A DNA stretch of 64,000 nt from assembly GCF_039654945.1 (NCBI RefSeq), contig NW_027361679.1:123938001-124002000 (forward strand), in the 5' to 3' direction. Source of the stretch: Dendrobates tinctorius (taxonomy: Eukaryota). Positions 48,309 to 63,049 of the stretch are shown here, in pieces. Each line of letters begins with the position of its first letter. Within the stretch, counting starts at the first letter, position 1. The position numbers and the translations under genes are program-made. The notes under the pieces were generated by a model. The model did no database searches and was not told the origin of the DNA. It saw nothing but the letters and a program-made list of their open reading frames with translations.

Positions 48309-51300
48309 GTATTGACAGACCCTCACAGCAAAATTTAGGAATCTCTGGGAAGCATGGACTGGAACGTGATAGTACGCATTCTTTAAATCTAGGTATCACC
48401 ATATTTTTGTCTATAAGAGGAATCATAGATTTGATGGATTCCAACTTGAATTTCTTGTATCTTATCCATTGGTTTAAGGGCTTGAGGTTTATCATCCTGC
48501 TCTCTCCTGAGGGTTCCTTTACTGAGAAGAGGTTGAAATAATGGCCCTTGCACTTTTCCTGCTCGGAGACCGGGACTATCACTCCGATCTTTAGTAAGTC
48601 CTGGATATCTGTTCACATGGGGGAAGCGGCTGACGTAAGGCGGGAATTCGTTGTAATGAACGTTTCCGGGGGTAGATGGGTGAACTATCTTGTAGCTTCG
48701 GGAGACTCTCTCTAAGATCCACAGATTTTCGGAGATCTCCTGTCACCCCTCAGGAACCGCCCCAACTCATGGCGTCACTTTCTACCTGAGCCTGAACCAA
48801 AAGTGGAGTTCCCTAACTCTCCCTGGGTGTAACGCAATCTGCCCGTTTTCCCTTTCCCCTTATAGCCTGACTTCTGGCTAGGTTGGGGCCTAAGAAAAGC
48901 GTTGATATTTCTTTGGTTTCTCCTCAGGGAACCCCTTTTTGTCTGATGCCTTCTCTAGAATATCATCCAGAACAGGCCCAAATACTTTATTACCTGAGAA
49001 GGAAATGGAGCAAAGCTTATTTTTTGGACTGCGTGTCCCAAGACCAAGTCTTTAACCAGATAGCCCTTTGGGCAGCATTGGACAAAGACCCATTCCTGGC
49101 TGCGAATCTTTCAGATTCCGCAGACGCGTCAGCCATGCAGTCGGTCGCCAGTTTCATGAGGGGAAGGGATTTTAGGATGGTGTCCCTGGGAGTCTTAGAT
49201 CTCAACTGTTTCTCTAGGTCGTCGACCCATAAGTGCATGGACTGAGCCACCGAGGTCGCCACAATGTTAGCTTGGATTACGGCTGCCGAGGTTTCCCAGG
49301 TTCTTTTAAGGAGACCATCCGCCTTCCGGTCCATAGGTTCTTTCAAGCTGGAGGAATCTTCAAATGGGATCCAAGTTCTCTTCGCCACTTTGGCTACCGG
49401 AACGTCTATCTTGGGGATGTCTTCCCATGCTTTGACGTCCTCTGGCTCAAAGGGTAGGCGGAGTTAAAGTCTCTCGGAATGAACGTTTTTTTTTCTCCGC
49501 ATTTTCCCACTCCTCCATGATCATAGAACGAACGTGGCTGTTGACCGAGAACACTCTACTTCACTGTGATCGTAACCCTCCAAACATCTCGTTCTGTATG
49601 GAGAAGAGAGGGGTTTTGGGGTTTCCTCCATCTGCATGGCATCTCGTACCGCACGAAGGAGTTCGTCCATGTCCTCGGATTAAAAAAGGTACCCCTTTCC
49701 TCCCTCTGGTGGATCAGTAAAGGCTACCCTTTCCTCCTGGTCGGATTCATCCGACATCTCGTCATCATAGGACACTTCTGCCTCACTTGGTCTCCTATGG
49801 TACCCTCCCTGGGTTTCAGATTGTGAGGCTTGAGAGTATACAATCCCAGAAATGGATGCATGGACCTCCTCTCTTATAATGGACCTCATGTCTAATAGTG
49901 AAGAAGTCTGCTCTTCTCTGATGATTGTTGAAGTGCAGGGTTCACATAGGTGTTTCTGCGAGGTCTCTGGTAGTTCGGCATTACAGATAGCTCATCTTTA
50001 AATTCTCCCTGACTTCTTGTTATCCTTCTTTGGAGTTGCCGAGACAGGTATTCCCCCCTAGAATACACAGAGTATATGCCATGTGTTTCAAAGTGTAGAG
50101 AAAGGGCTAAAATGGGTGTTGCTTTGCAAGCTTATTCACATGCCCCTGGCTTTGTTCCAAGCCAATATCTGTTTTAGTGGAATCCTCCATGTAGAATTTT
50201 CTGGTATGAAGTCCTATCTTACAGTAAGGAAGCCAACATACACGAGGACCCCATTTTTACGATACCCATGCCACCTGAAGTCCCCGCCGGATCCTCTTCC
50301 TGCATTCCACTGTGGAACGCACACTGAAAGGCACGCCGGCCATAACCTGGAAGTGCTCTGCCTGGCCTGCAGAGATGACTTCTCCAGAAGCGCGCCCGCA
50401 GGGCTTACAGCACGCAAGAGGCAGACACCAGAGCCAAAAGCCCCCAAGCAGGGGGAAGCGGCTCGCAACTCAGGAGCAGTACTTCACTGAGGTAGGCTGA
50501 GGTACCCCCCATTGGAGGGTGTCAGCCGCAGATTGCTGGATAGCAGGAAGGAAAAAGCTGGGCCCCCACGTTGATCTGCCCGGTGCAGCTAGGGATAGGA
50601 GCTTCCTCTCATCGTTCCTATCCTCATTGGGACAGGAAAAACCACTGAGGGGTGGAGATGGGAGGGTCCTTTTAACCTCGCGTTGTTTCCTGTCCCAAAG
50701 ATGATAATAAGGACGTCCTCCATGGTGCTGTCAGGATTTGTGAACTGGAAATGAACATTTTACTTTAGCCCAAATTTTTCTCATTTTCAGAGGGTGACAA
50801 GAAAAAATGGACCCAAAATATTGTTGCGCAATTTCTCCTGAGTACGCAGATACCTGATATGTGGGGGAAAACTATTGTTTGGGCGCAGCATGGCAGGGGT
50901 CGGAGGGGAAGGAGCACTGACTTTTTGAACGCAAAAATGTCTGGAATATAGAACGGACGCCATTTCGCATTTGGAGAGCCCATTATGTACCTAAACTGTG
51001 GAAACGCCACACAAGTAACTCCATTTTGGATACTACAGATGTGTGGTGAGCACCTTGAACCCCCAGGTGTTTGACAAATTTATAGAGCTGTGAAAACAAA
51101 AAAAACTAACATTTTCCCACAAAAATGTACTTTTAGCCCCAAATTTTATATTTTCACAGGATAACAGGAGAAAATGGACACTAAAAGTTGTTCAATTTCT
51201 CCCGAGTACACAAATACCCCATATGGGTGAAAATTTAGCATTTGGGCACATGGCAGAGCTCTGAAAGAAAGGAGTAATGTTTTGGAACGCACACTTTGAT

Positions 51301-51801
51301 GTGATGACTGCAGGCCTCAAGGATTTTATCCAGGGGTATAACGAGCATTCCGAACCCAGGGGTACTACACAGAAATTGATAACATTAGGGTTGTATAGAA
51401 AATGCTCATTTTTTTTGTGAAAATGTTTTAGCCACAAATTTGTAATTATCACAATAGATAATAGGAGAAAACAGACCCCATAATTTGTTGTGCAATTTCT
51501 CCCGAACGCAACTATACCCCATATGTGGTCAAGAACTCCTGCTTGAGCACATAGCAGGGCTAGGAAAGGAAAGCGGGCTATTTGGTATAGATTGTGAATG
51601 CGATGTTGTATTTTGAGAGCCCCTGACATGCAAATAACCAGAAACCCCACACAAGTGAGCCAATTTTGGAAACTATACCCCTCAAAGAATTCAACCAGGT
51701 GTGTAGTGAGCATTTTTGACCTACTGTTTTAGCATAAAATTTATAATTTACACGAGGGGGAATAGGAGAAATTGGACCCTACAATTTGTTATGGGAAAGT
51801 C

Positions 51802-51804
<3 letters not shown>

Positions 51805-51857
<53 letters not shown>
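51805..51857. repeat. (GT)n microsatellite
   Basis: Seen directly. Confidence 0.97.
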
Positions 51858-51859
<2 letters not shown>

Positions 51860-54436
51860 ACTCCCTGCTACCAGCCAACACCTTGCCCAGAACCAGTTGA
51901 GCAAACAGAAAGCATAATGAAAAAGGTAGGGAGGGATCCAGCAGTAGGCGGGGTAGTTAAAAAATAGCTTTATTTAAAAATGTTGGAAACACATATTGTC
52001 TGGTACTATACACCCAGAGGCACAGATCAACGCATTTTGACGCTAGTCTTCCTCATATCATAAAATAAAGCTTTTTTTTTTTTTTAAACTACCGCGGGAT
52101 CCCTCCATACCTTTTTCATTATACAATTTGTTATGCAAAGTCTCTCGAATGTGGCAGTACCCCATATGTGATTGTATACTATTTGAGCACATGGTGGGGG
52201 ATCGGTTGGGAAGGAGCGCTGCTTGCCTTTTAGAATGCAGATCTCATTTGAATAGATTGTGGTCTCCATTAGCTGAGCCCGAGGTACCAGAACAGCAGAA
52301 CCCCACCCCCAAGGTGACCCCATAATGGAAACTTCATCGTCTAAGGAATTCATCTAAGGGTGTAATGAGTATTTTGAACCCCTGGGCCCTCACAAAACTT
52401 TACAACATGGAGAATATGACATTTTAGTGGTAAAAACGTAATTATTGTATTTGCTGCAAACTTTTCAGGTACACAAGGGTTAATACGTAAAACTGAACCC
52501 CATTGTTTATTGAGCAATTTATCCAGAACGTGGTGATGCCCCACATTTTGTCAGAAATTACTATTAGGCCACATATCAGGGCTGAGAAGCAAAGAGTGCT
52601 ATTTGGCTTTTGAAGCACCGATTTTGCTAGAATAGTTTGCGGGCAACTTCAGCGGAGCGCCCTGAAGGTGTCGGAACAGCAGAAAAACCCCAAAAGTGAC
52701 CACATTTTAGAAACTGCACCTCTCTATGACTTAGTCTACAGCTGCAGTGACTATTTTGTAACATCCGCTCCAGGCTTTTTTTCAGGAGAATTGTAAATAT
52801 GCCAGTTTAGTGCCCATACATTGTGTCCCTATACAGTGTAGAGGTCCTATACGTTGTGCCCAGCTTGTGCTTATGGTGAAAGGCACCTGCAAATTAAGTG
52901 ATCTCCCCCCCCAGTACAATAATGCCAAACATCTATGTATTTGGGGCTGTGTCACTTATCCAGTTTTTATTTTACCAATAATGTGGAAATCCCCTATAAA
53001 TTCCAGTGACATAACACACCCGAGTGGGGACTGGTTTTGTGAAAGATGCATTAGGGGTTTTATAGGGAACAATTATTGATTGCTTCCAGAATAAGGCTGT
53101 GTCACATTATTGTTTTCAATGTTGAGCACTTGCAGCTGGGTTTCCATGTAAATTACATAAAAACGCGGTTCAGACAAAACCCTCAACGGAGCCATCCACC
53201 ATGAGACAGATGGAGACACTTCATACTCAGTTTGGTTTCTGCTCCGGTGGTATGGTCTTATTAGGTGTGCCCAGATCTGTGGTTGCCCACACTTCTGTGC
53301 TAAAAAGACACCTAAAAAGGATGTGATACCGCCGTGATACAGACCATTCCAAAGTGGCTCCATCTGCCTCATAAGTGAGTGGTTCTGTCGAGGGTTCTCT
53401 CTGAATCGCAGTTTTGGGGAATTTACATGGAAACCCCAACATAAGCGCTCAGCAGAAGGTGCAGGATAAATGTGAGTAAAGCCTTATTCCGATTTTTTGG
53501 GGGCGGTTGATATGAACAAATAAGACAGCAGTACAAGAACAGTTTTAATTTTTATTTTTGTGTTGCACTGTTCATCGTGTGATTTAAGTGATAAGGTGAA
53601 TTTTTTCTTCTGGTCTGTGCGTTTACCAGATTTATTTAGGTTTTGCTGCCATCACACAGTAAAAACCTTTTTTTTTTTTTTTTTTTTTTTAATCAAAACT
53701 TATTTTTTCACCATATTCTGAGCTGTAACTTATTTTTGGGCGAACAGAGCTGAGAGAGCTTATTTTTTGCGGGATGAGTTGCAGGTTTTTTTGGTACAAT
53801 TTTAGGGTGCATAATATGTACATAATACACTGCAGTACTCGAATACAGCAGTGCATGAGACTGTCAGTGTCTCACTGACACAGCCTGTGAGACTCAGCGT
53901 ATTGCTGGATCTCACAGGCCACCGTACCCCTAGGGTCATCACATTACCTCAGGGTACCATGATAACCACTGGGACCCATGATTCTCATAGCAGGGGTCCA
54001 ATGGTCCGGTGACTCCCTTGAAACAACATAAATACCGCTGTTGCAATTGATAGTGGTATTTAAAAGGGATAATCAGCCCCAATCGGTTGCAAAAATCAGC
54101 CGGGTAAGACACTGCAGTTTGTCAGGTGTCACGTACAGCTACCACCCTCAGGAAATGCCATCAGCAGGCAACGCAGTTTTAAAATGGCAATGAGGGAATA
54201 AGGTCCCTTAACAACCACTGTTTTAATGTGTATTAGCAGTTGTTAAGGGATTAAAAACAGCATTTTGTGTCTACTTGTGTCATCTGTCTAATATTTAAAT
54301 TAGTTTGGTAATTTGAAACACAGAAGTGGACAAACATGCAGAAGAATATGAAATCAGAAAGTGGGCAAACACTTTTTCACACAACTGTACATTACATAAA
54401 GACATACTGAAGGATTGAAGGACTTGGTGGACTTAC

Positions 54437-54550
54437 CACTCCAAAACGCTTAAAGTACTCTCTCAGTTCAGCTTCCCCACAGTTATGTGGAATTCCACCC
54501 ACAAATATCTTGTTAGATTTATTGCTTTCAGTTCTAGGGCTCTTCTGTTG
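54437..54550 (-). CDS. DAZAP1: DAZAP1 coding exon (approx. exon 5): RRM linker and start of RRM2
   Basis: Translates QQKSPRTESNKSNKIFVGGIPHNCGEAELREYFKRFGV (RNP2 IFVGGI). Acceptor tttttgtacag, donor GTG|gtaagt, 114 nt, phase 0-0. Confidence 0.97.
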
Positions 54551-55745
54551 CTGTACAAAAAAGGAAAAACAATCAGGATCAACACCATATCCAGCTCCAA
54601 AATTGGATTTTGCATATTGATTCTTTAAGAATCCTTTATTTCACTAAATAACCATCACTCAGAGGGTGCACAAAAAAGTTGCACTCAGGAGTCCTTGGTG
54701 TTCATGAACTGGAAGCTTAATCCAGTATTTGAAATCCAACTGCTGATTTCAACTTCTCCCTATGTTTAGTTATAAGGAGAAAGCTGTCCATCAGCGTAGG
54801 GGGGAGCCTTGGCTTGAGAATGAATACGCACGATTCCTTTCCAGCGTGATGCAATAGCTGCAACTAACAGTGCATATTTCCCCAAGAGCTACACAGCAAG
54901 CACATAACACTAAAATCAAATCTATCATCTTATGAAGCACAAAGGGGATCCGATTTCCAAGTCCCACACTGAAATCATTCAAACATAAATATCACGGAGG
55001 GCGTGGTGATGCAGAGGAGCTGAGGACATGCTTAGGCAGAGTTCCTACGATCCTGACTCAAATCTTACCTTTATAACACCCGAAAGACCCACCTTGATAA
55101 TACTGTGGACCCCCTGGGCTCAAGGAAACCTCTGGCTTCCGAGGAGGTGCGGAGTGCGGCTCCAGTCAGGGCAGATCCCGGGAGACCCGGACAGAAAGCA
55201 GAGCCTGCAAGGAGGCAGCAGCCATTTTCTACTGCGTGCTCTGAAACTGAGATGCAGTCTGAAAGACTTCACCTCAGGTGCAGCGGGTTGGATGGCGCGC
55301 AGGACTCAAAGATACACAGGAGGGTGCGCAAGGTGTGACCTTTGAGAAATGAGCCCCAGTGCTCCTTCACTGAAGTTATACGCTGCCCACTGGCGCCCGC
55401 CATCTTGATTACATTCACCGCTCTCATCACCTCTCAGTTGCTTGGGACTGGGGATGCGGTGTCCGTGGCAGTTTGCTGACAGCACACTTCATCGGATCGC
55501 ACGCTGGGGTCTGTTGTAGGACCTTTATAATACGATCTCACTGCCCTGAAGCTAAGGTCGCATTGGGTATTATACACTGCTGATAAATGACATAAGACTG
55601 TGCTGATATCTCTCTACTTTCACTTCTCCAGTTCCCTGAGGCTGGAAGGGGTGGATAACGCAGTGACTTGCTGACAGAGCAGCATATTATAGCTGAAAAA
55701 GAGCTGCACAACTGACCAGATAAGTTTGGTTGTTCTGTCTCACTA

Positions 55746-57285
55746 CACTGCGTGCAGAATTATTAGTCAAGTTGTATTTGAGAGGATTCTTTTTATTATT
55801 GAACAACTATGTTCTCAATCAACCCAAAAGACTCAAATATCAAAGCTTAATATTTTTGGAAGTTGGAGTGGGTTTTTTTTTAGATTTGGCTATCTTAGGA
55901 GGATATCTGTTTGTGCAGATTTATTAGGCATCTTAATAAAAAAAAAAACAAAAAAAAAAAAACATATCCATCTCACTTGTTTATTTTCACCAGGTAAACC
56001 AATATAACACAAAATTTAGAAATAAACATTTCTGACATTCAAAAACAAACAAAAAAATGATCAGTGACCAATATAGCCACCTTTCTTTACGATGACACTC
56101 AAAAGCCTTCCATCCATAGATTCTGTCAGTTGCTTGATCTGTTTACGATCAACATTGCGTGCAGCAGCCACCACAGCCTCCCAGACACTGTTCGGAGAGG
56201 TGTACTGTTTTCCCGCTTTGTAGATCTCACATTTTATGAGGGACCACAGGTTCTCTATGGGGTTCAGATCAGGTGAACAAGGGGGCCATGCCATTATTTT
56301 TTCTTCTTTTAGACCTTTACTGGCCAGCCACGCTGTGGAGTATTTGGATGCATGTGATGGAGCTTTGGCCTGCATGAAAATCATGTTTTTCTTGAGCGAT
56401 ACCGACTTCTTCCAGTACCACTGCCTGAAGGTGTCTTCCAGAAACTGGCAGTAGGTCTGGGAGCTGAGCTTCACTCCATCCTCAACCCGAAAAGGTCCCA
56501 CAAGTTCATCTTTGATGATACCAGCCCATACCAGTACCCCACCTCCACCTTGCTGGCGTCTGAGTTGGAGTGGAGTGGAGCTCTCTGCCCTTTACTGATC
56601 CAGCCTCGGGCCCAACCATCTAGCCCATCAAGAGTCACTCTGATTTCATCAGTCCATAAAACCTTAGAAATCAGTCTTAAGATATTTCTTGGCCCAGTCT
56701 TGAAGTTTTATCTTATGTTTCTTGTTGAAAGGTGGTCGTTTTTCAGCCTTCCTTAACTTGGCCATGTCCCTGAGTGTGGCACACCTTGTGCTTTTTGATA
56801 CTCCAGTAACATTGCAGCTCTGAAATATGGCAAAACTGGTGGCAAATGGCATCTTGACGCTTGATTTTCCTCAATTCATGGGCAGTTATTTTGTACCTTT
56901 TTTTTTTATCAACACGCTTCTTGCGACCCTGTTGGATATTTGTCATGAAACGCTTGATTGTTCGGTGATCACGCTTCAAAAGTTTGGCAATTTCAAGACT
57001 GCTGCATCCCTCTGCAAGACATCTCAATTTTTGACTTTTCAGAGTCCGTCAAATCTTTCTTCTGACCCATTTTGCTAAATGAAAGGAAGTTGCCTAATAA
57101 TTAAGCACACCTTATATAGGGTGTTGATGTCATTAGACCACACCCCTCCTCATTACAGAGATGCAAATCACCTGATTTACATAACTGGCAGTTGGCTTTC
57201 AAGCCTATACAGCTTGGAGTAGGACAACACGTATTAAAAGGATGATGTGATAAAAATACTCATTTGCCTAATTCTGCACACACTG
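55746..57285 (-). mobile_element. TRT-type (DD37E) Tc1-like transposon, disrupted, inserted in the L1 5' region
   Basis: TA TSD, TIR CACTGCGTGCAGAATT, transposase MGQKKDLTDSEK...TDEIRVTLDG...[14 protein letters not shown]. 37 residues from the mutated second D to E. Confidence 0.85.
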
Positions 57286-60200
57286 TATAGTAAATTCAGG
57301 CAAATTAAGCTCCTGAGCTAGGGCAAAGGAAAGGGACAATTTACTTCACCTACTTGCTATATATACCACATAAATCTTAACCATGAGCTCGCCGAATAGT
57401 TCAGGGGCGATTGAAAATTTAAAAAGAATTTGCAAGGGCTGACCCCTCTGATAATTCAAGATCCCGCAGAAATACCCCATCAAATGTTAAAGCTGCGGAC
57501 CAGTGTAAAAATCTCAATTCTGACAGCGGAAAGGGAGGGGATCAAGAAGACTTGAACAATTAATGCAAGCCATTTTTCTAACTAGAACATCCCAGACTGG
57601 GAAAATTGAGGAGGTACATTCAGAAGTGGGGCATCTTTGGCAGGATATGCAAGCCATGAGAGGGCGCATTACGGAAGTTGAAACGAGAGTATCCAGTCTG
57701 GAGGATACCCTTACTAAACTGATAAAAGTAGCTGGCTCCATGCCCGGAGGCAGAAGACGGACGACTTGGAAAACAGGTCACGCCGGAAAAATATCCGAAT
57801 CATTGCATTACCAGAAAGTTCTGAAGGTCAACGGCCGGAGCAATTTTTGGAAAATTGGCTTAAAGACACTCAGAGATGAGTTCTCTTCAACCTTTTCTGT
57901 AGAAAGGGTCCATAGGGTCTCAACAAAATCTCTCCCCCCAGGCAGTCCGCCACATCCTTTTTTTGGCACGTCTCCTAAACTACAGGGACAGAGACGCTAT
58001 CCTCCTCATGCCAAGGCAAAAAAGCCCCATTAAATTCAATAATGCCACAATATCAATTTTTCCATGGAGCTACAGAAGCAGCAGGCTCAATTTATGGAGA
58101 TCAAGAAGCAGCTCAGAGAAAGAAACATCTTATACTCAATGATTTACCCAGCTCGACTCGTATTGTTTACAAGGGCTCTTCCATATTCTGCACAACGGCG
58201 GAGGCTGTGGAATGGCTGCAGGGTCCTACGCGTGAGCAACTGGAACGTCACCCTGATTTGACTGCTGCCGTCCCCTATATGGGTACATTGGGGAAAAGGG
58301 GCTCTTTCCGCCAACATCCAATGTAACACCGATACCGCACACTGTGTTCAGTGAGGGTACCCTCTTTTTGGGAATATGAGAGGAGCTTGGGACTGTGCTC
58401 CTTTGAACTTTATTTTGTTTTTTCTTGCTTCAGTATTGTTAGTTGATGTTTATAGAGATACTGCTGCAAAGATACTAATTATGCTGCCTGTAAGGTTCAG
58501 TCTGCGTGACATTGTATACCATATTAGGACAAGGGACCATGGGGTCTGAATTAATATGCATGACTTGGAAGGTGAGAGGTCTTGGGTCTCCCCGAAAGAG
58601 AATTAAGTTTTTTTCCCCAGATTAAACGTCATTGTCCTCACATTGTGGCCCTGGTTGAAACACTTGATCAGAGATTTGGCTCGATGTGTGCAGAAACCAT
58701 GGGTACAATGGTCCATACATGCATTCCATTCCATTTACTCTAGATGAGTTTCTTTGTTAATCCATAAGGACACTAGATGGAAGGTCAAGGAGGCTCGGAA
58801 AAGACCCTGAGGGATGCTTGTTTTTGTGCACGCGTCGATAGATTTGAAAGACTACGTCATAATGTGTGTCTATAACCTACTCAAGGCCAATATCAGTCAT
58901 TAAAAAGGCTGTAAGCTTTGTCTTAAATTATCCAGATGCATTAGTTATGTGCATGGGAGATTTTAACCTCGTCATGGATAACGGTCTTGATAGACTTAAG
59001 ACTAGATGTCGGAGTATCCAGGACAGCCTGCTCTCCATCTCCGCTATCATTGCTCATTGAGGGCAGTGGTTGTGGAGGATAAGTCATTCTGATGTGACAA
59101 TATACCTGTCACTCATCCTTTAGACACACACTCTCTCGTATAGATTATATATTTGGTTCCAGCAACCTGGCAATGTGGGTGGGGGATGTGGAACATGGGA
59201 ACAGGGGCATCTCAGATCATAGCCCGATAATAGTTACACTTAGGTTTGGCCAAAGGAGTCAATCTGTTTTGGAAGTTGAACCCATTTTGGCTGAAATAGG
59301 CCCCAATGACAGAACTCTAGACCAATTAGACTGCTTCATTTCATCCCACCCTGAACCACAGAATATTAACTTATGTTGGGATGCCCTTAAAGCATATCTA
59401 AGGGGATGTTTGTCTTCCACAATTTCCTATATTAAACGGATGACATCTAGGGAAGATGATGAGATGGAGAAGCGAATGAGGAATTCAGAAGCAAATTATA
59501 GAGCTAAACAAATTAAAATAGAAGTGAGTGGCTAAACTCCTATAGATTATATATTCAATATATGGATACCAAAACTAAAACGTACATTTTTTACTCAAGT
59601 CATATTTTGAACTAGGAAATCAGTCCAGCAAGTTATTGGCATTCATAGAGCGCCAACACAACACATCTAATACCATATTTCAAATTCGAAGACTAGATAA
59701 CTCAATAGTAACCTCAACGGGTGATATACTCCAGGAGTTTCAGTTTCCATGACTATTATAAAACGTTATGTAGTTCCAGAAGGCGTTTTAGCACTTCGGA
59801 CTGCCTTGATTATGAGACGTAAAGTTTCCCACACCGAGTCCCGCTCAATAAGCCTTTCTGGATGCAGACTTCACAATAGAGGAAATAAATGAAGCCATAG
59901 CGGATATGGCCTCTGGGAAGGTGCCTGGGCCGGATGGATTTCCCACAGAAATGTAGAGGAAAGATTGGGATGTTTTGGCACCACTCCTTCTGAGGGTGTT
60001 TCAGAGGACCCGGGAGGAAGGTTCTTTACCGGACTCCTTTTATGAGGCAAATATAATAGTGCTTAGGAAGGAGGGGGAAGGATCCTCTTGAATGTGGATC
60101 ATATAGCCCCATATCGTTGGTAAATGTGGACTATAAGATCTTCACTAAAATCCCGGCCACTAGATTAAATTCAGACCAGACTGGTTTCATGCCTGGGAAA

Positions 60201-61262
60201 AATACATCTATTAATATTAGGAGAGTTCAGTCAGTGGTCCAGTACAGTTCCCTAGTGCCAGATAATCAAAGGGCCTTGGCTTCGCTGGATGCGGCTAAGG
60301 CCTTCGATTCTCTTGAGTGGTCATTTTTATCTGCATATTTACAAAAATATGAATTTGGTTCCAAATTTATGAAGTGGATATACACGATGTACATGAAACC
60401 AAAAGCCCGAATAATAAATAACTCTGTATCCGAATCGTTCTATTTGGCAAGAGGAACACGCCAGGGGTGCCCCCTTTCCCCGGCCCTTTTCGTGCTTGCA
60501 ATTGAAGCGTTGGCAATTCATATAAGATCCACTCCAGTCATTAAAGGTATAGAAATAGCGGGTCGTTTAGATACCATTGGCTTATATGCTGATGATATGG
60601 TGATATTTATGGATAAACCAGAACACACACTACCCCATGTGATTGCTACTATAGACAAATGTAGTAATTATTCGGGATTATACATAAATTGGAATAAATC
60701 CGCCTTGATGCCTCCCTCCCTTGGTCCAGTGGATCACCTTGAAACGTTATCCCCATTGCCTGTTGTAACTTAACTTTAAGTACCTGGGAATAAACATTTC
60801 AAAATATAGTAGACTTGGCTTAAAAATGAATATTCTCCCGTTGTTAGATCTTGTTAAACTTAAATTTGCGTATTAACCTCATTAAAATGATCCTACTCCC
60901 CCAAACTCCATTACTCCCTTCTAACAGTGCAGTACTGATCCCCAAATCTTTTTTCTCAGGCCTAAATTCATTAATCTCATCCTTTATATGGGGGAAGGCT
61001 AGACCTAAACTCAAATAGTCTACCTTACATAGGTCTAAACAGTTGGACGGGGTGGCATTGCCGGATTTCTTTTTATATTACTTGGCTGGGCAAGTCAGAG
61101 CCCTGAGTAGATGGATGCCTAATAATTGTTTGGCTAACTCGGAGAGCCATCTGGCTCATGCTGCAAGGACCGATTGCTTGTTGGGGTTTTTAGAAGTAGA
61201 CAAACTTAACATCTCTGGATTACCCTTACTCCTGTTGGCAATGTCATTCTGGAAACAACTTA

Positions 61263-61708
61263 GGCTGGTTTCACATTAGCGTTTTTTAGCGCAGCGCATC
61301 GTGCGCGTCCATGCGCCCCTATGTTTAACATGACTGGCGCATGGTCTAGTGTTTGCACACGTTTGCATGCATTTTCGTGCGCATGCGGTTTTTTGTAGTG
61401 TGCGCCCGACGCAACCTGTTGCATTTTTTGGGTCCGTCCAACGGCATAAAAAAAACGCATGTGCACGCTTGCGCACGGAATGCCCAAAAATAACACATTA
61501 AAGTCTATGGGAGCGCAGGCGTGCGCATAGACACGCACACGCCTGCGTTTGAAGTTGCATGCGTTTTAAGAGTTACCATGCCTAGAAACTGGTTAAAACG
61601 CATGCGCCTAAAAAATGCAAACGCAAGCAAAACACATGATGCGTTTTTTGCATGTGTTTCTACTGCGCACGAAGCGCAGTGCTAAAAAACGCTAATGTGA
61701 AACTAGCC
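61263..61708. mobile_element. Harbinger-type MITE in L1 ORF2
   Basis: TTA TSD, TIR GGCTGGTTTCACATTAGCG. Confidence 0.88.
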
Positions 61709-61953
61709 TTAAACGAGTGGTTCGTTTTGTTGACGTTATAGCTGAAATGCCATTATGGAACAATTCCTATTTCCCGATGCTATTAAACCACCCGTCCACT
61801 CAATTCTGGATCTCATATAATGTTTCCTCGATTAATGATTTATATGATCACAATGTCCTAATGTCCTTTGAGTAAATGCAAATTAAACACGGTGTCCCGA
61901 GGTCCCAATTTTTTCGATACCTACAGCTTACATCAGCAATTCAATCACACTTA

Positions 61954-62371
61954 GGCTAATTTCACATTAGTTTTTTTTGCATGCGCATTGTGCGCAATAA
62001 AAACTCATCATGCATTTTTGCGGTTTTTATGCGCATTCGTTCTCTAGGGGTCAAAACCAGTGTCTACACATTTTTACACCAAAAATGCATGCGCACGAAA
62101 AAGCAGACGAACGCATGTCCATGTGCACACCTGCATGCCCATAGACTGTAATGCGTTATTTTGTTGCATTCCATGCGCAAGCGGGTTTTTTTACGCCTTT
62201 CGGCAGACCCAAAAATGTAACAGGTTGCGTCTGGCGCGCCTAGGCGCACACCTTGAAAAAAAAACGCTTGCGCACGAAAATGCATACGAACGCGTGCAAA
62301 CGCAAGGCCATGCGCACGCCATATTAAACATACGATGCGTTGCACAAAAAAACGCTAATGTGAAACCAGCC
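61954..62371. mobile_element. Harbinger-type MITE of the same family, opposite orientation
   Basis: TTA TSD, TIRs GGCTAATTTCACATTAG / CTAATGTGAAACCAGCC. Confidence 0.88.
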
Positions 62372-63049
62372 TTACGACCCAAGCAATATCGTCCTATCCT
62401 TTGATAGGGATTCTCAAATTACAAGGCCCCCAGGGTCTTATTTTTACCTCATACTTATATGTAGTCCGCAGGCTCTGACTGGCTTTAACGTCAGTAAGGG
62501 AGAGGTGGCGGTCTCTAGTTCCAGATATCCAAAATGAAGATTGGGAGGAGATCCTTGGTTCTCCAACCGGGGTGTCTATCAGCCAATAATAAAATGACTC
62601 AAATGTATATAGTACACCAGTCATATCTGACCCCACTAAGGTTATTTAGGATGGGGTGTTCCCAATCCTGAGAATGTTTAAGATGTCATACAATGGATGT
62701 GGATTTTATACATATGGTGTGAGGATGCCCAACTATTCTATCTTTTTGGAACGTTGTTAACCTCCCCTCATAGGTGCTCCTGTTCCTCTCACTCCATTGG
62801 TATGTCTGTTTGGTGTGCTGGAGGAAGAGATATGGGGACACCACGTCAGAACTTTCCTGCGGGAGACTTTTTTTAGCCAGGAAAATATTGGCCTTACGCT
62901 GGATGGATAATCAACATCATTCTCTTAGAGCTTGGATTGAACTAGTAAATTCAATTATACATTACGAGCAGACAATGTACCAGAATAGGGGCCCAAAGCA
63001 AAGCAGTAAATCTGCTACTTATGGGCGATCTGCTCATCGTCCATATGTA

